Of a stretch of DNA of 44,451 nt, positions 38,056 to 44,451 are shown piece by piece. The number at the start of each line of letters is the position of its first letter. Position 1 is the first letter of the stretch. Both the position numbers and the translations under genes were made by a program. The notes beneath the pieces were generated by a model, which was not told the origin of the DNA, searched no databases, and was given only the letters and a program-made list of their open reading frames with translations. The DNA is taken from sequence record SRR2962707_642; one strand, written 5' to 3'.

Positions 38056-39116
38056 GCAGCTTCTGGTAAACCTTGCTCTTTAAGTTTCTTAATACGAGGA
38101 TTCATGATACTGAACCAAACAGGTGGAATCGTGGCTAGAATCATCATGCCCGGGTAGCCTGTGGGCATTTGAGGGCTCTCATCGATGTGACGTAGAATTT
38201 GATATTTGCGACTGGCGATATAATGATGATCCGAATGCCTTGATAATTCGAATAGAATAATTCTACCTAAAATGTGATCAGAATTCCACGAATGATGTGG
38301 CATAACTCGCTCATAGGCATTGCCTTTTTTATCCCTTTCAAGTCCGTAATGTTCGATGTAATTGACTGTTTCTAGCAATAAGAAGCCCATCACAGCTGCT
38401 AATATGAAGTAACCCATCACAGTCCAACCATAATAAAGCCCGATTCCAAGGACTAATGATACTTGAATAAGCTGAAACATCAGCATCTCATTGCTGAGAG
38501 AAAGAAATGGTTTCTTTTGCTTCTTGAGTTTTTCCATTTCAATATGCCATGCCGAGAGGTAGGAGAAAACTACCGATCTCATCCAGAAAGCGTACAACAC
38601 CTCGCCATATCGAGCTGATGAAGGATCTTCTTTCGTGCTTACATTCTTGTGGTGTCCCTTGTTATGCTCAATAAAGAAATGCATGTAGAGTGAAGTCAAA
38701 AGAAGCAATTTGGCCATCAATTGTTCATGCCATGTATTTCGGTGACCTAACTCATGCGCGACATTAATACCTATTACCCCACACATTAAACCCATACCTG
38801 TGATTCGGCCAATCTTATCCGTCAATGTCAAACCCTGATCTCCCATTGACTGAAGAAAAATGAACAATAGCATAAATTGAATAGGGACCATGATATAAAG
38901 CTGCCAGTCATAGATTGGATCCTCCTTTCTTAGCTTCTCTTTTTCTTCAGATAGATTGCCAGGATTAGGCTTGTAAGCCAATTCCAAAAGGGGAATTACC
39001 ATAAAAGATTCAATGAGTGGCAAATAAGTCAGCCACCCGGTTGTATTGAAGCTGACGAATGCCAAAATTGGCAATACCAGCACATTCATGTATTTAAGAG
39101 AATTAAGTCGCTTCAT
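38052..39116 (-). CDS. alkB: Alkane 1-monooxygenase (membrane di-iron)
   Basis: All AlkB histidine boxes: HELGH, EHNKGHH, NYIEHYG and LSRHSDHH; also PQMPTGYP. Confidence 0.92.
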   Translation of the reverse strand: MKRLNSLKYMNVLVLPILAFVSFNTTGWLTYLPLIESFMVIPLLELAYKPNPGNLSEEKEKLRKEDPIYDWQLYIMVPIQFMLLFIFLQSMGDQGLTLTDKIGRITGMGLMCGVIGINVAHELGHRNTWHEQLMAKLLLLTSLYMHFFIEHNKGHHKNVSTKEDPSSARYGEVLYAFWMRSVVFSYLSAWHIEMEKLKKQKKPFLSLSNEMLMFQLIQVSLVLGIGLYYGWTVMGYFILAAVMGFLLLETVNYIEHYGLERDKKGNAYERVMPHHSWNSDHILGRIILFELSRHSDHHYIASRKYQILRHIDESPQMPTGYPGMMILATIPPVWFSIMNPRIKKLKEQGLPEAA

Positions 39117-39790
39117 TCTTTCTTTCCCAGGCGTATTAAATAGCCTAGAGAAACACCTACAGTATAGATATTACTAATATCAGGTGTTCTGTCAGTAAGG
39201 TCGCCCGGGTCAATAAAGTTACTAAAACTATAGGTGAAAAATCCTTCCAGGTGCAGCATTCCAAATGAGAATTCCCTGAATATTCCTGCGCTGGTACGAG
39301 CCCCGTATCCCACATCATTATCACGATCCGGTTCGTAGGTGTAGAAGTCTTGTCCTCCAAGGTTGGCCATGTCCGGATCTGGATCCTTTTCGTAGCTAAG
39401 AAGCTTTTCGAAATAGAATCCTGCAGTGATGAAGTATTTATTCTTATTGCCAAAATATCCAATAGCCTCAATGGGTATTTCCAGGTAATTCATTTTGACA
39501 GAATAGCTTGGCTCATCTGTTAAAAAGGCCTGCTTCCATCCTTTCTGAACATAATTCACAGAAGCTTGAAGGCCAGATTTGAAGAAAATGTCCCTGGATT
39601 TTGGAAAATGCTTCAGGATCAATCCGCCATGTACACCAGGCTCAAATGCGGCATTGATATTAAGATTGAAAATGGTATGCTCGATAAATGCCGATCCCGC
39701 ATGGCCTCCTGCCTTTACCCCAATGTATGTTTCTTGTGCCAATCCGATTCTGATCATCAGAACCGAAATGATCAGCATGATCATCCTCAT
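39113..39790 (-). CDS. Outer-membrane beta-barrel protein (PorT/porin family)
   Basis: Signal peptide from ATG 39790; YIGVKAG, NYVQKG, NYLEIPI and C-terminal VSLGY. Confidence 0.78.
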   Translation of the reverse strand: MRMIMLIISVLMIRIGLAQETYIGVKAGGHAGSAFIEHTIFNLNINAAFEPGVHGGLILKHFPKSRDIFFKSGLQASVNYVQKGWKQAFLTDEPSYSVKMNYLEIPIEAIGYFGNKNKYFITAGFYFEKLLSYEKDPDPDMANLGGQDFYTYEPDRDNDVGYGARTSAGIFREFSFGMLHLEGFFTYSFSNFIDPGDLTDRTPDISNIYTVGVSLGYLIRLGKKE

Positions 39791-39794
39791 TTTC

Positions 39795-39923
39795 TTACTT
39801 CTTCTTTTTTTTAGTCTCAGCTTTCTGATCTGCAGATTTCCTATTTGCACGTCTGGGTCTGGTTACGCCATAAGTACCTTTGGATATCTTGCCTCGTTTA
39901 CTTTTTTTATCTCCTTTTCCCAT
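39795..39923 (-). CDS. thx: 30S ribosomal protein bTHX (Thx/PSRP4 family), 42 aa
   Basis: Not in the ORF track. MGKGDKKSKRGKISKGTYGVTRPRRANRKSADQKAETKKKKK matches the MGKGDxxxxRGKIxxGTYGxxRPR signature. Confidence 0.92.
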   Translation of the reverse strand: MGKGDKKSKRGKISKGTYGVTRPRRANRKSADQKAETKKKKK

Positions 39924-40003
39924 AATTGAAATTTTCTCAAAAATAAATGAATCGTGGATATGCTCATAGAATTGATTATTCTTGAGGCTTTATACAAACA
40001 ACT

Positions 40004-41242
40004 ATGGATCAACCCCTCATCACAAATGATGCCGTAATTTTCGGTATCCTAATGCTCATGCTTGGGCTCGTTTTCTACACCTCTGCACTCGATCACCCTT
40101 TCTGGAAAAAATTCTACACCTATGTTCCCGCGTTGTTAGTATGTTATTTTCTTCCATCAACCCTTAAGGCACTAGGACTCATTGACCCCAGTCAATCCAG
40201 ACTCTATTTTATTGCCTCCAGGTATCTGTTGCCTGCTAGTTTGGTATTACTGACCATCAGTGTTGATCTAAGGGAAGTGCTTAAGCTTGGGTCCAAGGCA
40301 GTGATTATGTTTTTGACCGGAACTGTCGGGATCATGATTGGCGGACCTTTGACTATCATCATTTTTTCCTATGTGGCTCCAGATCTGGTTGGAGGTGCTC
40401 CTCCTGATGAAGTATGGCGGGGAATGACCACCATTGCAGGATCATGGATCGGCGGTGGGGCCAATCAGGCAACCATGAAAGAAGTGTTTGAAGTTGGTGA
40501 TGAACTTTTCTCAAAAATGGTCACAGTCGATATCATCGTAGGCAATACATGGCTTGGCGTGCTGATTGCAGGTGTCGCGGCTACAAAGCTCATCGATCGG
40601 AAATTAAAAGCTGATGCTTCTGCCATTGAGCATTTGAAAAAGAAAATGGAGGACTATCAAGCCAGTGTTTCAAAAATCCCAAACCTGACTGACCTCATGA
40701 AAGTTTTGATGGTAGGCTTTGCTTGTACTGGATTTGCACATCTGTGCAGTGATTCATTGGTTCCTTACCTGAAACAATTCCCAACGCTTGAGCAATACAG
40801 TCTAACTTCAGGATTTTTCTGGCTTGTTGTTATCGCCACTACACTTGGGGTAGTTCTATCTTTCACCAAACTCAGGGATCTTGAGGGTGTTGGTGCTTCG
40901 AGAATAGGAAGGGCTTTCGTCTATATCCTTGTGGCCACTATTGGAATGAATATGGACATCCTGGCCATTATTTCAAATCCAGGATATTTCTTTCTGGGAA
41001 TTACCTGGATATTGTTCCATGTGGCACTTTTGGCAATTGTGGCCAAGCTCATCAAGGCCCCTTACTTCTTCATTGCTGTAGGAAGTACAGCCAATGTGGG
41101 TGGTGCCGCGTCTGCACCTGTGATAGCAACTGAATTTCATCCATCTCTTGCACCAGTTGGTGTCCTTATGGCAGTATTAGGATATGTATTGGGTACCTAT
41201 GGAGCCTATTTGTGCGGATTGATGATGCAAGCAGTGGCGTAA
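40004..41242 (+). CDS. DUF819 family membrane protein
   Basis: GSWIGGGANQ and GSTANVGGAASAP; about 12 hydrophobic segments. Confidence 0.87.
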   Translation: MDQPLITNDAVIFGILMLMLGLVFYTSALDHPFWKKFYTYVPALLVCYFLPSTLKALGLIDPSQSRLYFIASRYLLPASLVLLTISVDLREVLKLGSKAVIMFLTGTVGIMIGGPLTIIIFSYVAPDLVGGAPPDEVWRGMTTIAGSWIGGGANQATMKEVFEVGDELFSKMVTVDIIVGNTWLGVLIAGVAATKLIDRKLKADASAIEHLKKKMEDYQASVSKIPNLTDLMKVLMVGFACTGFAHLCSDSLVPYLKQFPTLEQYSLTSGFFWLVVIATTLGVVLSFTKLRDLEGVGASRIGRAFVYILVATIGMNMDILAIISNPGYFFLGITWILFHVALLAIVAKLIKAPYFFIAVGSTANVGGAASAPVIATEFHPSLAPVGVLMAVLGYVLGTYGAYLCGLMMQAVA

Positions 41243-41246
41243 ATAA

Positions 41247-41819
41247 TTAGTTGAAAGGAACTCCCAGATAGATTTGTATCGCACTCAACTTAATGCTTCC
41301 TTCATCACTTGTAGCATCAAGGTCCGTTAATCCAAGTACATACCTGATACCGAGATTGGCAGCTCCTAAATCCATCTCAGCCCCCAGATCAAAGCTGACA
41401 CTCAATCTGTTTACATCATCAGTAAAATCAAATGATTCACCATCAGATTCTGCAGTAGCTTTTAGTATTACTCCCATCTGAAGTCCAGTGTGGAGATTGA
41501 ATTTTTCAGAAGGATAATACTTAAGAAGCAATGGAAGGGATATGACACTGTACTTATCAATGCCGGTGGTCCCTAAAAGATTGTATTTACCACCTTCCTG
41601 ACTGTAAATTAATTCTGGAGCAAAAAATAATCCATCAGTAGCTGTCGGAACTTCTCCGTATAGACCAGCAACAACGGATAAGTACGTATCACTGGTAATA
41701 CTAATACCTCCGGCTGATGCTTTTTCCTTACCCAGATTTACACCCCCCTTTACTCCTATGGTTTGTGAGAATGATTGAAAAGCAAAAAGTATTAGGGTGA
41801 TAGTTAGTAATTTCTTCAT
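41247..41819 (-). CDS. Outer-membrane beta-barrel protein (porin family)
   Basis: Signal peptide; IGVKGGVN, APELIYSQEG, ISLPLLLKY and RYVLGL. Confidence 0.82.
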   Translation of the reverse strand: MKKLLTITLILFAFQSFSQTIGVKGGVNLGKEKASAGGISITSDTYLSVVAGLYGEVPTATDGLFFAPELIYSQEGGKYNLLGTTGIDKYSVISLPLLLKYYPSEKFNLHTGLQMGVILKATAESDGESFDFTDDVNRLSVSFDLGAEMDLGAANLGIRYVLGLTDLDATSDEGSIKLSAIQIYLGVPFN

Positions 41820-41861
41820 GGTTGGTTAATTTGGAATCACAAGTATATTCCAATTTCAGTT

Positions 41862-42491
41862 ATGCAGAAGCATCTTCAAATAAAGATCAATACATCGTAT
41901 TATACACTCAATGAATTAACGGATCATACAGAGCATGTCTGGCTTGTGTTCCATGGATATGGACAGTTGGCTGAATTTTTCCTTAAGAAATTTGAAGGTC
42001 TGGATCCCGAGAAAAACTTCATCATCGCACCTCAGGGGCTTTCCAAATATTACCTCGAAGGAGTGTATGGGCGGGTGGGTGCCAGTTGGATGACCAAGGA
42101 GGACAGGCTCACTGAAATCGAAAATCAATACGCTTACATTGATGCAGTGCTTCGCGAAGTTGGAGACATCTCAACAAAGAAGCTGATCTATTTTGGCTTC
42201 TCTCAAGGGACAGCTACCATGGGGCGTTACGCTGCCCATGCCAAGATTCCATTCCATAAAATGATTATCTGGGCCGGTACCTTCCCTCCCGATACTAATC
42301 ACGAAGATTGGAACTTCCTGACCGGAAACGAAGGTATTCATTACTATACGAGTCGGGAAGACATCTATTTCAAAGAAGAAATGATAGAAAACCAAAATCA
42401 GGTGGTGGAAAGTGCTCTTGGATGCAAGCCAGAATTGCACTGGTATGAAGGCGGTCATCGGGTGATGCCAGAGCTACTTCATGAGATTTAG
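41862..42491 (+). CDS. Alpha/beta hydrolase (phospholipase/carboxylesterase-like)
   Basis: FHGYG, GFSQG nucleophile elbow and C-terminal GGH. Confidence 0.88.
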   Translation: MQKHLQIKINTSYYTLNELTDHTEHVWLVFHGYGQLAEFFLKKFEGLDPEKNFIIAPQGLSKYYLEGVYGRVGASWMTKEDRLTEIENQYAYIDAVLREVGDISTKKLIYFGFSQGTATMGRYAAHAKIPFHKMIIWAGTFPPDTNHEDWNFLTGNEGIHYYTSREDIYFKEEMIENQNQVVESALGCKPELHWYEGGHRVMPELLHEI

Positions 42492-42545
42492 CCATTCATC
42501 AACTTGCATTTTGCACAATCGAAGAGCTATGCTAATTTTCAACCC

Positions 42546-43904
42546 ATGAAGAAACTACTCCTAATTCTAATCGCGCTTCCATTCCTATCATTTGCTCAGC
42601 ACGAAGAAACCATCAAGAAAATCTATGATGAAACGCTTACCAATGGGCATGTCTATCAAAACCTGAGGTACCTATGTAAAGAAATTGGCAATCGACTTTC
42701 TGGCTCTCCTGAAGCAGCAGCTGCCGTTGAATATACACGGCATCTAATGGAATCATATGGTTTTGATACGGTCTATCTTCAGCCGGTTATGGTGCCACAT
42801 TGGGTGCGTGGTAAGAAAGAGATCGTACGAGCCATCAACACCGATAAACATGGTACGTTTGAAATGAATGCCCTTGCTCTTGGTAATTCTGTGGGTACAG
42901 GATCGAATGGTGTGTTGGCTGAAGTAGTTGAAGTAAGTAGCATTGAAGAGGTGAATGAGTTGGGCAAGAAGGTAGAGGGAAAAATTGTCTTCTATAATGG
43001 CAGAATGGATCCAACTCTAATGAATACTTTCAGCGCATACGGAGGTGCCGTAGTGCAGCGTTCTTCCGGGGCATCCGAAGCAGCAAAATTTGGCGCTAAA
43101 GCCATTATCATTCGATCTGTGACCAATAGGCAGGATGATATTCCACACACTGGATCACTTCGATACAAAGCGCTTATTAATCAAATTCCTGCAGTTGCCA
43201 TTAGTACAAATGATGCAGACAAGCTGAGCCAGATTCTCAATGAACAAAAACTGAAAGTGTACATCGAAACGTATTGCGAAATGCTTCCTGATGTATTGTC
43301 TTACAATGTCATCGGCGAACTGAAAGGATCAGAGTTTCCTGAAGAAATTATTGCCGTTGGAGGCCACCTCGATTCATGGGATGTGGGAGAAGGTGCTCAT
43401 GACGATGGCAGTGGCTGCATGCAGGCAGTTGAGGCAGTAAGATTGTTCAAAGCGCTCAATATTACCCCTAAGCGAACATTACGAGCAGTCATGTTTATGA
43501 ATGAAGAAAATGGATTGCGCGGAGGAACAGAGTATGCCAGGGTAGCCAAAGAGAAGGGCGAAAAACATATTGCTGCACTGGAATCAGATTCCGGTGGATT
43601 CTTGCCATTGGGTTTTAGCATGTCCGGATCAGATGAGCAGAAAGACCAAATCAAAGCATGGAGGGACCTCTTCTTACCATACGGATTGTATGATTTTGAC
43701 CAAAATGGCGGAGGTGCAGACATTGGCCCACTAAGACCTCAGGATGTATTGTTGATTGGACTGGAGCCTAGCAGTCAACGCTACTTTATCTATCATCACA
43801 CACCTGCAGATGTTTTTGAGGCTGTAGATCAACGTGAATTGGAACTAGGAGCCGCTAGCATGAGTGCGATGATGTATTTAATAGATCAGGAAGGGGTAAA
43901 ATAA
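42546..43904 (+). CDS. Secreted M28 peptidase (carboxypeptidase Q-like)
   Basis: Signal peptide from ATG 42546; GGHLDSWD, GAHDDG, NEENGL, ESDSG and YHHT. Confidence 0.9.
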   Translation: MKKLLLILIALPFLSFAQHEETIKKIYDETLTNGHVYQNLRYLCKEIGNRLSGSPEAAAAVEYTRHLMESYGFDTVYLQPVMVPHWVRGKKEIVRAINTDKHGTFEMNALALGNSVGTGSNGVLAEVVEVSSIEEVNELGKKVEGKIVFYNGRMDPTLMNTFSAYGGAVVQRSSGASEAAKFGAKAIIIRSVTNRQDDIPHTGSLRYKALINQIPAVAISTNDADKLSQILNEQKLKVYIETYCEMLPDVLSYNVIGELKGSEFPEEIIAVGGHLDSWDVGEGAHDDGSGCMQAVEAVRLFKALNITPKRTLRAVMFMNEENGLRGGTEYARVAKEKGEKHIAALESDSGGFLPLGFSMSGSDEQKDQIKAWRDLFLPYGLYDFDQNGGGADIGPLRPQDVLLIGLEPSSQRYFIYHHTPADVFEAVDQRELELGAASMSAMMYLIDQEGVK

Positions 43905-43932
43905 AAGCCCCTGGATACAGAGGCTTTCTTTT
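43904..43932. terminator. Probable bidirectional terminator between convergent genes
   Basis: AAAGCC-c-CTG-GATA-CAG-a-GGCTTT flanked by A and T tracts. Confidence 0.65.
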
Positions 43933-43936
43933 AAGA

Positions 43937-44377
43937 TCACTTATCAATCTTCTTTAAAGTCTTGTCGACTGCTTTTCTGATATGCTCATTTAGTTCTTCC
44001 ATATCTATAGCTTCCACATGTCTTACATGATCAATGGCATCAATGGAGATATCGAGACTCATATTGGTAAGTTCTTCAACCATATTTTGTAGCTCAACAT
44101 CCATTTCTGTCGGAACGACTGAATTGATGTCCAAAGACAATTCAGACAAAACAGATAACTCTGATAAGCTGGAAAGTTCTGAGAGCTCAGAAAGTTCGGA
44201 TAATTCGGATAATTCAGACAGGCCTGCCAATGAAACCAGCTCACTTAATTCACCAAGTTTAGCTAGTTCTGATAAATCGGAATTTCCCCCAATTTTCTTC
44301 AGTCCTTCTTTCTTGTCCTGTGCGTAAGTCAATTGAGCAAGTCCGAGTATTAGAGCAAGTGTTAGTAGTCTTTTCAT
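43937..44377 (-). CDS. Secreted hypothetical protein with (LSE)n tripeptide repeats
   Basis: Signal peptide MKRLLTLALILGLAQLTYA; LSELSELSELSELSELSSLSELSVLSEL. Confidence 0.75.
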   Translation of the reverse strand: MKRLLTLALILGLAQLTYAQDKKEGLKKIGGNSDLSELAKLGELSELVSLAGLSELSELSELSELSELSSLSELSVLSELSLDINSVVPTEMDVELQNMVEELTNMSLDISIDAIDHVRHVEAIDMEELNEHIRKAVDKTLKKIDK

Positions 44378-44392
44378 AATTAAGTTTTTAGT

Positions 44393-44421
44393 AGATACTC
44401 CACTCTCTCCTAAAGGTTACA
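44393..44421 (-). promoter_or_regulatory. Possible ECF-sigma promoter
   Basis: TGTAACC, 16-nt spacer, GTATCT upstream of ATG 44377; AAC-containing -35 typical of ECF promoters. Confidence 0.3.
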
Positions 44422-44451
44422 AGGTGACCCGTCCTGAAAAAGGTTGACTGG

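Noticed and set aside
22-44327. Many short alternative-frame or antisense ORFs in the track (e.g. 1265-1714, 4352-4819, 11059-11532, 19993-20430, 25663-26196, 44034-44327)
   Set aside because: They overlap well-supported genes and have no recognisable motifs; they are shadow ORFs.
1-44451. CRISPR array, rRNA or tRNA genes
   Set aside because: No repeat-spacer periodicity or rRNA/tRNA signature was seen; the intergenic spaces are short and otherwise explained.

Overview
A chromosomal window from a Bacteroidota bacterium, most likely Cytophagales. The evidence is TAnnTTTG-type promoters, a T9SS C-terminal sorting domain, outer-membrane beta-barrel (PorT-like) proteins and a Bacteroidetes-type trp leader. 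In order it holds: the start of a polysaccharide-biosynthesis unit and miaA; a PAS/GAF hybrid kinase-Hpt / response regulator / MBL hydrolase / NFACT(RqcH-like) operon; an accessory stretch (double-AraC regulator, PadR-ABC permease, HigBA-type toxin-antitoxin, Crp/Fnr with a perfect FNR box, aldo/keto reductase); and a 1781-aa internally duplicated T9SS cargo protein. Next come a Cys-less dihydrolipoamide-dehydrogenase-like flavoprotein, an attenuator-controlled trpEGDCFB-[FMN reductase]-trpA-aroF-phhA operon, and a bTHX-porin-alkB unit. The ORF track misses three elements visible in the raw sequence: the WWW trp leader peptide, ribosomal protein bTHX and a partial Gfo/Idh/MocA gene. The most striking unexplained element is the 26131-26564 intergenic region. 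It contains a ~240-nt minus-strand structured RNA candidate with its own promoter, GCAA/GCAA/UACG-capped hairpins, G-U wobbles that fix the strand, and an intrinsic terminator. A phased array of DnaA boxes lies directly upstream of its promoter. All calls come from reading motifs by eye; no database searches were run.
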